Virus record (IMG/VR): IMGVR_UViG_3300024503_000015
Span: 1 to 64,000 of that record
Strand: one strand, 5' to 3'
Length of the DNA: 64,000 nucleotides
This document shows, piece after piece, positions 1 to 8,586 of the stretch. The notes beneath the pieces are model-generated. The model was not told where the DNA came from. It worked only from the letters and a program-made list of their open reading frames with translations, and made no database searches. A program made the position numbers and the translations under genes. The number at the start of each line of letters is the position of its first letter. Position 1 is the stretch's first letter.

Positions 1-22
1 CTTGTCTATACAGGAGCGAACT

Positions 23-154
23 ATGTGGACAGCGAGCGAATATCTACGTCAAACCCCACCAAGACCATTAAAGTACAATGTCTTACAACGTGCCAATTCA
101 TGGCGCTATCATAACATGAAACCCCGCGGACAGATTCTAGATATACTAGCCTAA
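23..154 (+). CDS. small hypothetical protein (43 aa, not in ORF track)
   Basis: AGGAG RBS at 12-16, ATG at 23, open frame MWTASEYLRQ...GQILDILA to TAA at 154. Confidence 0.5.
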   Translation: MWTASEYLRQTPPRPLKYNVLQRANSWRYHNMKPRGQILDILA

Positions 155-182
155 CAGCCCATGCTAGTATAATTACTAGTAT

Positions 183-413
183 ATGCTACACACTTACCTT
201 CCCCGAGCAATTTCCGCAGTTCTCAGCATAGTGCAAAGCACAGGCCTACGCAACCGTGTCTATGCCATGGAGGATCGTTTGGACATATTAGAAGTAGCCA
301 TAGAAGACATAGCTCGTATCAATGCACACAGTCCTGAGCCAAATCCCTTAATCACCAATATAGTTGCTAACGTACAGCGTCATCACGAATCCATCAGAGA
401 ATATATACCCTAA
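183..413 (+). CDS. hypothetical protein
   Basis: ORF in a run of co-directional small genes; start uncertain. Confidence 0.55.
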   Translation: MLHTYLPRAISAVLSIVQSTGLRNRVYAMEDRLDILEVAIEDIARINAHSPEPNPLITNIVANVQRHHESIREYIP

Positions 414-426
414 ACTATATAAGTGT

Positions 427-609
427 ATGGACGATAGAGATATTTTTATACAGACTAAACAGGGCCAGTTCGAATACGATGCAGACTACGACATATATCG
501 TAGACGGCCAGAACCTAGGGATTTGACACACTTTCAGCAGTTTGGTTGGATATATGTCTTAGCCATATTGACTGTGATCGCCTACTATGTTACACTAATT
601 CAAGGATAA
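427..609 (+). CDS. small membrane protein
   Basis: ATG at 427 (MDDRDIF) avoids overlap with upstream gene; C-terminal hydrophobic helix WIYVLAILTVIAYYVTLI. Confidence 0.6.
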   Translation: MDDRDIFIQTKQGQFEYDADYDIYRRRPEPRDLTHFQQFGWIYVLAILTVIAYYVTLIQG

Positions 610-616
610 GTACAGT

Positions 617-685
617 ATGAAAGCACCTTATGTTATAGTTGTAGCACTATTAGTTCTATATTCTTATATACATTGGCTTTGGTAA
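617..685 (+). CDS. 22-aa single-TM micropeptide (not in ORF track)
   Basis: MKAPYVIVVALLVLYSYIHWLW; ATAAGTA late-promoter-like box 4 nt upstream. Confidence 0.4.
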   Translation: MKAPYVIVVALLVLYSYIHWLW

Positions 686-716
686 AAACTGCCAGGGCTG
701 ACTGTTAAGTACCCTA

Positions 717-744
717 GCAAAATTTTTTACGCAGAATTTTTTGC
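717..744. repeat. tandem 14-bp near-palindromic repeat
   Basis: GCAAAATTTTTTAC / GCAGAATTTTTTGC back to back in intergenic DNA. Confidence 0.5.
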
Positions 745-774
745 ATTTCTGCAAATACCCATTAAGGAGCGCAA

Positions 775-1056
775 ATGGCCAAGAAGACCAGCAGTAAAAC
801 AGTTAAGCCAGAATCAGTACTGCCCACAGATGACTTTAGTAAATTGTCAGAAGATCAAACAGCAGAGATCCTAGAAGTAACCTTTGAAACTATCTGCAAT
901 CGTTTGGAACAAAGTGGTGTAGATCCTGATTTGATTACTGGCATACTGTTTAATCACTTTACTCAACGCTTGTGCGATGTTAATGATCGTGAACAGTATG
1001 AAATGATCCTAGAGATGGCCTTAGAAACCGCTTGGGACGAACAGACTATACATTGA
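775..1056 (+). CDS. hypothetical acidic protein
   Basis: TAAGGAG RBS upstream; 93-aa ORF followed by terminator. Confidence 0.8.
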   Translation: MAKKTSSKTVKPESVLPTDDFSKLSEDQTAEILEVTFETICNRLEQSGVDPDLITGILFNHFTQRLCDVNDREQYEMILEMALETAWDEQTIH

Positions 1057-1067
1057 TTCTGTGAATA

Positions 1068-1096
1068 AGGTGCGTATATTATGCACCTATTTTTTT
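1068..1096 (+). terminator. intrinsic terminator
   Basis: AGGTGCGTA-TAT-TATGCACCT stem (one G-U) followed by T7. Confidence 0.7.
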
Positions 1097-1154
1097 GCGC
1101 TGGCGCTTCGCGGCTTCGCCGCTTAGAGACTCTCGCCCTGGTTAAATAAGTGTA

Positions 1155-1802
1155 ATGAAAACTGCCTGTGTGTTCATTGCTGACCCTTACTGCTCTGTTC
1201 AATGCGCTAATGGACTGCTTGGGGTATTGAGTGAGGATTTTCGCATACGCATATTTGGCGCAAGGCCCTTGGAACAGGGCTTTTTTCATGACTGCGATTT
1301 GCTAGTCATTCCTGGGGGCGAAGGAGACAGTGAAAGTTTCCATAGACTCATGCGTAATCATCGAGAGGCCATAAGGGCTTATGTTCAGCAGGGTGGTGCT
1401 TATCTAGGCGTCTGTATGGGTGCTTACTGGGCGGGCAGTCACTACTTGGATATCTTGGACAATCTGGACACCGTACAGTATATCACACAGCCCGGAGCAG
1501 ATACTCGACGCCCTCATGCCAAAAACATTAGGGTAACTTGGCAGGGTGTGGCAACAACAATGTTCTTCTATGATGGCTGTGCCATAGTGGGCCCGGGAGA
1601 GCGAACTGTCTGGGCTACCTATGCCAACGGAGACGCCATGGCAGTGATACAACGTCGCACGGGCCTAATAGGCTGTCATCCTGAAAGTGAACCGTTTTGG
1701 TATGACTACCCTAGTTGGATGCGGGGACATTTCCACCAGGGCAGGGATTGGCTAAGGCTAAGAGAGTTTGTACAGGCTCTGGTTAAAACGGACTATCAGT
1801 AG
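1155..1802 (+). CDS. BPL_N-like class I glutamine amidotransferase-fold protein
   Basis: IPGG, nucleophile elbow GVCMGAY and HPE triad motif. Confidence 0.8.
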   Translation: MKTACVFIADPYCSVQCANGLLGVLSEDFRIRIFGARPLEQGFFHDCDLLVIPGGEGDSESFHRLMRNHREAIRAYVQQGGAYLGVCMGAYWAGSHYLDILDNLDTVQYITQPGADTRRPHAKNIRVTWQGVATTMFFYDGCAIVGPGERTVWATYANGDAMAVIQRRTGLIGCHPESEPFWYDYPSWMRGHFHQGRDWLRLREFVQALVKTDYQ

Positions 1803-3252
1803 GGTCTGAACCACCGCCCATGTTATTCAAAAACTGACGTAGGCGTGTGCTGTCTGTCTGTGCTCGAACCTTGGGTATGGCTATGCCCTGCTGTGGATCT
1901 ATTTCGCCGGTAACTGGGTCTACGGACTGCGGTGCTTCTGCGGTGCTCTTGCGTTTTAAATCATCAATGATACTTGAGCTCTTTGGACGGTATTCACTGT
2001 CGCTCTGTCCTTCCAATCCTGGGTCTGTGATGCGTAGTGTATCAATATCAAAGTCTAGGTCAATCTTCATACCCACGCCGCTACTACTACGAGTTTTCAT
2101 TAACTGTATCTGATACTTGCCACGTTCACGCATAGCACGGCTGGTAAAGATACCAAACACGTTATCCGCTGTTTGAATCTTACTAAGTCCGCCTGAAATG
2201 TGACTGTGATCAAATTCAACTTCTTCCACAGCACCACGGTTCAACTGTGCCGCTGTAACAAACACACATTGTTTTTCCATGGCCAAGTTTCTAAGTTCTT
2301 CTGCCACATACTTGTCCTTGACGAACAGGTTTTCTGCACTAATCTTCTTACTGATTGGCAGTAACAGGTCCATATAGTCTACCAGCAGTACGTCCACCTT
2401 ACGACCCATTTTAATTTCATACTCTTTCAAGTAAGCACGAATGTCGTTAGTTGTTTTACCCGATGGCATATACTTGACTTGGAAAGCACCGGACTTCTTA
2501 CCAATCATCTTGACTTTCATTTCAACATTGTCAAGATCCTTGAAAATCTCCTTGGTACTGATGCCTGTGGTCATTGAATCCACACGCATACTAACCAATG
2601 CTTCACTGAGTTCCAATGTTAGGTATACAACGTTTAAACCTTGTAAGGCCCAGTTTACGCCAAGGTTAGCAAGAAAGAGGGATTTACCAGCACCGCTTCC
2701 ACCGGCAAAAATGTTAAGTTCTCCACGGTTCATGCCTCCAAATAATCTCTTGTCCACTGTGTCCCAGCCAGTCTTGACCTGCCCGTTCTTATCTTTAAGA
2801 CCCAGCAAGCGACCTTTAGGATCACTCCAATAGTCTGTACCCATGTCCTTTTGTAGGCCAATCTGTACAGCCTTTTTGATCAGTTCTTCCACAGGACCAT
2901 AGTCACCCTTTTCCAGCATGTCTGCTGATTCTAGAATAGCTCGCTCAAGGCCTTTGTGTTTGGTAAATGTTTCAAACTCCAACATCAGCCAATCGTAGTG
3001 TTCGTCTTTGAGTACACCTGGATTGTTCAGCTCAGTCTTAGTTGCAGCCTTGACCATTTCAAATGTAGGCAGTGCGTTGTGCTCTGTTACATAGGTGTTC
3101 AAAAACTCTGCACAGTCCTGTAGTTTGCGATCAAATAATGTGGGATCAAAAATGCTTTGACAGCGTACAAATGTACCTGCGTCACTGAGCATCATTTCTA
3201 AATATAGTTTCTGGATATCATATCCATAGTCAGTGTTTTGTCTAGTAGCCAT
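1783..3252 (-). CDS. gp41: DnaB-like replicative helicase (T4 gp41-like)
   Basis: Walker A GGSGAGKS, LELSE, VDYMDL, TAAQLNR, MKTRSS. Confidence 0.93.
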   Translation of the reverse strand: MATRQNTDYGYDIQKLYLEMMLSDAGTFVRCQSIFDPTLFDRKLQDCAEFLNTYVTEHNALPTFEMVKAATKTELNNPGVLKDEHYDWLMLEFETFTKHKGLERAILESADMLEKGDYGPVEELIKKAVQIGLQKDMGTDYWSDPKGRLLGLKDKNGQVKTGWDTVDKRLFGGMNRGELNIFAGGSGAGKSLFLANLGVNWALQGLNVVYLTLELSEALVSMRVDSMTTGISTKEIFKDLDNVEMKVKMIGKKSGAFQVKYMPSGKTTNDIRAYLKEYEIKMGRKVDVLLVDYMDLLLPISKKISAENLFVKDKYVAEELRNLAMEKQCVFVTAAQLNRGAVEEVEFDHSHISGGLSKIQTADNVFGIFTSRAMRERGKYQIQLMKTRSSSGVGMKIDLDFDIDTLRITDPGLEGQSDSEYRPKSSSIIDDLKRKSTAEAPQSVDPVTGEIDPQQGIAIPKVRAQTDSTRLRQFLNNMGGGSDPTDSPF

Positions 3253-3260
3253 AGTTTTTA

Positions 3261-4208
3261 TTATACTTTAATTTTAATGTGTTTGCAATCTTGCCATTGC
3301 CAATTCCAAATACGATTTCGTGTATGATAGGCCACTGCTCCTATACTGCTACTAGGATCGCCTGGATTAGGCAAACTCCAGATATAGTCAAACTTTGGTT
3401 CAACTACACTGGCATTGGCCTTACTGTTCATAGCACAGCCGCCCATATAGACTAGACAGTCTGCACCAGTTAGATCTTTGGCTGTACGCATAACCATATC
3501 AACCTGTTCTGTGAACACTTCCTGTACAGCGGCCGCTATGTCACACTGGTCCTGAAGATTTCTAATTTCGTGCGGCCAATCGTTGATGCCTCTGTGCATA
3601 TTTTTATGAGCATACACCAATGTGCCCATGTATTCTTTTACATCAAAATATACACGATCAGGATCACCTTGGTCACTCATCTGTTGTAGTAGATGTTCCT
3701 GTTTAATTGGTTCTAGTCCGCATAACTTTGTAAACGCACTATAGAATAACCCCAAACTGTGGGGATAAGTGCGACTCCAAACCTTCTTAAGTTCTCCGTG
3801 CTTACCTTCCCAGATAGTTGCACATTCAAATTCGCCTATAGCGTCGAGAACTACCACAGCACAGTGATTAAATGGGCTAGTGTAATAGCCTGAGGCGGCA
3901 TGACTGGCATGATGTGGAGTATAGGTCACTGGAGCATAGTGTACTCTTATTTTATTCAAGTAGCGTCCGGGTAGCACCGACATATCCAATGCTGTTTTAT
4001 ATTGTCCAGCGTAGACCTGTCTTGCTTTTTTAACCCAAGGACGTTCGTACCAAAAAATTCTATCAGGTGCACCGTGATGTAGTGCTTCTGTTATAACGGC
4101 TGTGTCAAACTCATCTTCTTTGCAACTAACCCAAGATTGAAGAGCGCCATTTTTAAACACAGCCAGGCTACTGCCGTGATTAAGAGCGTTAATACCCCAG
4201 TGAATCAT
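3261..4208 (-). CDS. carbamoyltransferase (NodU/CmcH family), N-terminal Kae1-like domain only
   Basis: HHASHAASGYYTSPF, DAIGE, SLGLFYSAFT, GGCAMN, PNPGD motifs; 315 aa with no C-terminal domain. Confidence 0.85.
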   Translation of the reverse strand: MIHWGINALNHGSSLAVFKNGALQSWVSCKEDEFDTAVITEALHHGAPDRIFWYERPWVKKARQVYAGQYKTALDMSVLPGRYLNKIRVHYAPVTYTPHHASHAASGYYTSPFNHCAVVVLDAIGEFECATIWEGKHGELKKVWSRTYPHSLGLFYSAFTKLCGLEPIKQEHLLQQMSDQGDPDRVYFDVKEYMGTLVYAHKNMHRGINDWPHEIRNLQDQCDIAAAVQEVFTEQVDMVMRTAKDLTGADCLVYMGGCAMNSKANASVVEPKFDYIWSLPNPGDPSSSIGAVAYHTRNRIWNWQWQDCKHIKIKV

Positions 4209-4309
4209 TTGTAGATATATGGATCCTTCTTGCGAAGAGCTTCCATCCTTTTCTTGAATTTTCTATCTTCAAAGAACTTTTTAATTCTTGCTATTAATTT
4301 AAGAACCAT
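4205..4309 (-). CDS. 34-aa basic peptide coupled to the carbamoyltransferase (not in ORF track)
   Basis: MVLKLIARIKKFFEDRKFKKRMEALRKKDPYIYK; its TGA overlaps the carbamoyltransferase ATG (ATGA). Confidence 0.65.
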   Translation of the reverse strand: MVLKLIARIKKFFEDRKFKKRMEALRKKDPYIYK

Positions 4310-5289
4310 TGTTTTGCCTTTAGTTTAATTTTTAATTCTGTGTCTTCTGTTTCGGACACAATCTTATATAAGGTCTGTAAGCGACCTAATTTTTTAACTG
4401 CATCATTGACGTCTTTAACACCTTCGGGCCAACTGGGCATACTAACGCTGTATCTGTTAGCAATAGCCTGTTCAACTGTGCGCTTTCCATCTGCGTCCCT
4501 GTCTGGAACAACAATAACCTTGCGGCCAAGTCTATTGATTAGCAGAGCCTGTTTATCCATGATTTCTGCGCCAAGGATTGCAACTGCATCTATACTTAGT
4601 GCGTCTACAGGACCTTCGACTACTATCACGAATTCCCTGTCCTGTGTTTGACAGTCCAAATTAAACACATATCCAGGAGTTTGATCCGATATGTATTTGG
4701 GTTTACCTTCTATAACTTTACGAGCAGTATGCCCAACAATACGTCCGTCTAATCTAAATGGTATAATTAATCTATCAGCAAACCCTGCCACAGGACACCA
4801 ATAAAAATCATCCAATGGATTTAAGTTTCTGGACCATACATATTCAACTACTGTGTCAAATTGTGCTCTAAGATCCGCGGGTAATTTTGTTAAATGTTCC
4901 AGCCATTCTTTAATTTGTAGACTGCCTTCGGGCAATGGTTTATCTTCAAACTTAGGAATAGTAACTGCTTCCAATGCCTGTTCATCGGATTGGATCTTTA
5001 GTGCTTCTAAAGTAATTTTATTAATGACATCGTCAGGTGCGCCCATCCAACTTAATAGATTACGCATCTTACGAGTTAAATGTCTGCCTGGTTGATAACT
5101 GGCTTTGTAGCCGCAGTTGAAGCAATGATAACTAATACCATCGCCATTTTGAATCATACCACCACGCTGTCTAGTATCTGCTGTTGTGCCATTATGGTGA
5201 CAGCAGACCGCGTTAAACTTTACCCAACCACTGGGTGTTTGTTTCCGTTTTGCAGGGAGGTACGAATAGATTATCTCACCAATACTCAT
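4294..5289 (-). CDS. gp61: DNA primase (T4 gp61-like)
   Basis: Zn-binding CC..HCFNC, TOPRIM VEGPVDA and PDRDADG, KDVND. Confidence 0.9.
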   Translation of the reverse strand: MSIGEIIYSYLPAKRKQTPSGWVKFNAVCCHHNGTTADTRQRGGMIQNGDGISYHCFNCGYKASYQPGRHLTRKMRNLLSWMGAPDDVINKITLEALKIQSDEQALEAVTIPKFEDKPLPEGSLQIKEWLEHLTKLPADLRAQFDTVVEYVWSRNLNPLDDFYWCPVAGFADRLIIPFRLDGRIVGHTARKVIEGKPKYISDQTPGYVFNLDCQTQDREFVIVVEGPVDALSIDAVAILGAEIMDKQALLINRLGRKVIVVPDRDADGKRTVEQAIANRYSVSMPSWPEGVKDVNDAVKKLGRLQTLYKIVSETEDTELKIKLKAKQWFLN

Positions 5290-5299
5290 ATAGAGTATT

Positions 5300-6403
5300 T
5301 TAGTTTCTTACTATTACTTTGTCAACTTTTCCGGTAAAACCTGTTCCAGCAACACTGGTATATGTTCTATCCGATGTGGATAAACTTGCTTCACCCAGAA
5401 TAGATGCAGACAGGATACTACGAGTATAACTTGGTAATGAACCGTAAATTGGTCCTTGGATGGCTGTTACTGTTACTATAGCATCATTGGCTGGACTTGT
5501 TCCGCCCAGTGACGTGCCTAATAGTTTAATCTTATCGCCAATATCATATTGTCTGCCACCGTCTGGTATGCCAACAATAGTGTATGTACTACCTAACTTT
5601 TGAATATCAAATGTTGCGGTGCTACTGCTACTAGATTTATTATAACCAAAACGCATAAATCTGTAACCTGTGTTTTCGATAACTTTGGTTACGCTACTTG
5701 CACTGGTAACTTCTACTGTATCAATTAATTTCCAAGTCACGCTAGATGCTGTGCTTTTATCTGAGGTTGCATAAACATTAACAAAACCGTTGAACGGATC
5801 TGTTGTATCTGGTACTACTTCAATTTCTACGCTACCAATTACTGTACTATCTGTGGCGGTACTGTAATCATCATTTAAGTAAGTGCCGAAAGGTACAATT
5901 TCACTTAAGAACTGATTACGGTCAAATTCAAAGTTAAAGACCTTTGCCACATCAATAATGTCACCAAAGCCGAGTTTTTCATTATAACCATCCATTAACT
6001 GTACATTGCCAAATAATTCAAATTGCCCGTCTACATAGATAGGACTGTTAGTTGTACCGTCTGTTAGATAAGCCGCCATGCGTAGCATCTGTGGGTCAAT
6101 GTCTGCTATTGTGCTACTGCTAATAGTCAGCGTCATCTGTCCTAATTGACTAGGAACTGCTATGGCTGTGGCAGTAAACAAGTTCTTCTGATCTGCGTCA
6201 AAGAACTTAACAACTGCGGTTTGACCTACCACTGTCTGCTTGCGTTGCTCTGAATTCCTAACATCTAATTGTATGGTATTATCAATACCTTTATATAATT
6301 TTAATTGGCGTTGGTACACTTGTCTATACTCCGTGTTGAATCCTACTCTATCTGTAGTAACAGTGATTTTATTTGGTACTAAATAAAACTGAATTTTTTG
6401 CAT
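5300..6403 (-). CDS. putative virion structural protein
   Basis: Beta-rich, Thr/Ser-rich; GGRQYDIGDKIKLLGTSLGG module; ATAAATA late box upstream. Confidence 0.55.
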   Translation of the reverse strand: MQKIQFYLVPNKITVTTDRVGFNTEYRQVYQRQLKLYKGIDNTIQLDVRNSEQRKQTVVGQTAVVKFFDADQKNLFTATAIAVPSQLGQMTLTISSSTIADIDPQMLRMAAYLTDGTTNSPIYVDGQFELFGNVQLMDGYNEKLGFGDIIDVAKVFNFEFDRNQFLSEIVPFGTYLNDDYSTATDSTVIGSVEIEVVPDTTDPFNGFVNVYATSDKSTASSVTWKLIDTVEVTSASSVTKVIENTGYRFMRFGYNKSSSSSTATFDIQKLGSTYTIVGIPDGGRQYDIGDKIKLLGTSLGGTSPANDAIVTVTAIQGPIYGSLPSYTRSILSASILGEASLSTSDRTYTSVAGTGFTGKVDKVIVRN

Positions 6404-6436
6404 TGGCTTAATTTCGCTTATTCAAGGTTATAACAG

Positions 6437-6443
6437 TATTTAT
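6437..6443 (-). promoter_or_regulatory. T4-type late promoter box
   Basis: CATAAATACT on the - strand upstream of 5300..6403. Confidence 0.6.
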
Positions 6444-6813
6444 GGTAAAATTAACGGAAGACATCAGAGAAAACTTCCCCTTTATTTCAGTAGTTCATTA
6501 TGGCGGGCTAGAATACGTAGGCATCATTATTAATCAAGATCAATACGTTACTAGCCTTTACAATTACGAAGCACTAAAAACAGAAGAAGATCGCAAGAGT
6601 TTCCTGAGTCTGGGCGAAGCATGGTGGTGGGAAAGTAACCGTACAATTCCTATCAATATCTTCTTAAAATTAGAGATGGAGCAGTTCAAATACTCCGTAA
6701 TGACTATGAATACTAAAGATGTATCCGTAGTATTTGGCCCTACTATAAATCTTCACAACATTTCGATTAAGCGTGTAAAGCGTAAGGTAATACAGTTAGT
6801 TAGAAAACGTTAA
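6442..6813 (+). CDS. hypothetical protein
   Basis: 123-aa ORF filling the gap between - strand genes; WWWESNRTIPINIFL motif. Confidence 0.75.
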   Translation: MVKLTEDIRENFPFISVVHYGGLEYVGIIINQDQYVTSLYNYEALKTEEDRKSFLSLGEAWWWESNRTIPINIFLKLEMEQFKYSVMTMNTKDVSVVFGPTINLHNISIKRVKRKVIQLVRKR

Positions 6814-7388
6814 CTAAATCCGTAACTGATATTTTCACAGATTAAATTCATTTGCACAACTACTGCCTGAGCGTAAGCAATAGCGTGTGCCTTCTTAAAA
6901 TAGTATTCATCGTTCTCCGGTTTCGTCCATACTTCCTTCATCACCGAAGTCCATTCTTTCCCAATCAGATAACGTTTCGCCGGACGTATCATCGCTAGGA
7001 CTGCACCTAATTGCTCTATGCTCCGTGGTTTCATTTCTCTTAGAATAGAACCATAACCGTTGACGTGAAACAGCAGATTGTTGAAATCGTCTTGCTCCAA
7101 AAGATCCCATAAGGGTTCAGTCTCCATAAGTTGAATGAGATGCTGTTCATCTCGTACACCTTCGTAAATACCAACATTCAAGAAATCTATCTTGAAATAA
7201 CCTCTTGCTTCTGCTTCTTTATAATCTATTGTGCTTAGGCCTGTGGCAGGATTGTAAGGGATAGAAGTACAATATATGCCTGTGTTGTGCTTTTTAAAAC
7301 TACCATTATCTTCTATAGTCGCAACGACATGCTCTAATTTTTCTAGAGCTTTATTTCTGTCTGCAAAGTCTATGTCAATATCTGGCAT
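6810..7388 (-). CDS. minimal DNA polymerase III alpha (DnaE)-like catalytic protein
   Basis: PDIDIDF, KHNTGIY, KIDFLN, AMIRP, YYFKKAHAIAYA match DnaE palm/fingers motifs in order. Confidence 0.85.
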   Translation of the reverse strand: MPDIDIDFADRNKALEKLEHVVATIEDNGSFKKHNTGIYCTSIPYNPATGLSTIDYKEAEARGYFKIDFLNVGIYEGVRDEQHLIQLMETEPLWDLLEQDDFNNLLFHVNGYGSILREMKPRSIEQLGAVLAMIRPAKRYLIGKEWTSVMKEVWTKPENDEYYFKKAHAIAYAQAVVVQMNLICENISYGFS

Positions 7389-8122
7389 TATAAATTACCT
7401 TCTTTAACTACTTCGGCTATTAGTTCTTTGTCTGCGGGATATGTTCTGAATCGTCTTGCCCAATATTCTGGATCTAAAACTTCGAATACAATGTTTAATT
7501 GTTCGTCATTGAATTTGCCTAATAATGCCCTTCCGCTGTCACAGTTCAATACTAACCATGGACTAATCTTTCCGTCCTTGATTGCGTACACAGCTCGATT
7601 AACACTTACATACTTAAAGTAATGATTCCACTGGCTACTATTTTCATTTGCCCAGTCCATCATTGTAGTTATACTACGCTGTAAAGCCACTTCGGCAGGT
7701 TCTTTCTTTATTAAGTCTAGAACATATTTATAGTACAATTCTTCTCTACACCAGTGATCTAGTTTAACTCCACTGGTAACAACAAAGTCAATGTATCTAT
7801 CTGGATACAAGGGATTTACGTTGCTGAGAAAACTGCCAAACTTTACAAAGGCATTGTAGTAAGGACTTTTAGCAAACTCGTCATAAGTTTTAACGTGTTT
7901 GGCTTTCTGTGTCAGTTGAAAGAATCTAACATAGGTTTGATAGCCTAGTACAACGTGTTTTTCGTCTTTGGCCAAGTGTCTACGTTTTTGCTCACACATA
8001 TGGACCGTAAGGGTAGACTCTTTAACATAAGCACTACCGCAGTACTGACAAACGTATGGTTTTTCAACTGTGGACAATTTTATTTTAATTCCTTTGTGTT
8101 TCTCAAAAACATCTAAGTTCAT
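7388..8122 (-). CDS. zinc-finger protein of the replication cluster
   Basis: YVCQYCGSAYVKESTLTVHMC C2H2/C2HC-like finger; coupled to both neighbours. Confidence 0.65.
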   Translation of the reverse strand: MNLDVFEKHKGIKIKLSTVEKPYVCQYCGSAYVKESTLTVHMCEQKRRHLAKDEKHVVLGYQTYVRFFQLTQKAKHVKTYDEFAKSPYYNAFVKFGSFLSNVNPLYPDRYIDFVVTSGVKLDHWCREELYYKYVLDLIKKEPAEVALQRSITTMMDWANENSSQWNHYFKYVSVNRAVYAIKDGKISPWLVLNCDSGRALLGKFNDEQLNIVFEVLDPEYWARRFRTYPADKELIAEVVKEGNL

Positions 8123-8586
8123 AATGCCTTTTTAATATCTTTATCTTCCCAACCAAGATCCTTAAGACGTTGCTTAACTTCTTTTTCTGTAGTCATGCTA
8201 GACATAAGTTCGAGTTCGTCTTCTTTCAAGTGTGGATATAGTGTTTCCAATACTTTGATAACTTTACTGTTACCTTCTTTCTTTTTATATCCAATCCATT
8301 CGTGAAAATGAATTTTCTTTTCTTCATTACCAGTCATACAAACAAGATACCACAGTAACTTAGGATGCTTACTAAGACTAAAGTAATGCTTGTTAAAGTA
8401 CTCGTTAGTTTTGAAGATAGCCAACTCTTGCGTTTCTCTGTCGCTGGTTTTAATAGAGCTGGCATACCTAAGCAATAGATAAAGACTGATTTGCTTTCTC
8501 TGTTCTTCTGTGAAATTATCCCATAGATCTCTGGCGCCCATATCAATGGCCGCTGTTTCATCTTTGATAGTTAGTTTATCACTCAT
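8119..8586 (-). CDS. possible clamp loader small subunit (T4 gp62-like)
   Basis: Size and LLRYAS..NEYFN..HEWIGYKKK pattern reminiscent of gp62; replication context; start placed at MSDKL. Confidence 0.45.
   Translation of the reverse strand: MSDKLTIKDETAAIDMGARDLWDNFTEEQRKQISLYLLLRYASSIKTSDRETQELAIFKTNEYFNKHYFSLSKHPKLLWYLVCMTGNEEKKIHFHEWIGYKKKEGNSKVIKVLETLYPHLKEDELELMSSMTTEKEVKQRLKDLGWEDKDIKKAL

Noticed and set aside
6810-7388. dnaE pseudogene
   Set aside because: It has a clean start at the catalytic motif, compact in-frame deletions, all three Asp residues, coupled neighbours and no flanking dnaE remnants.
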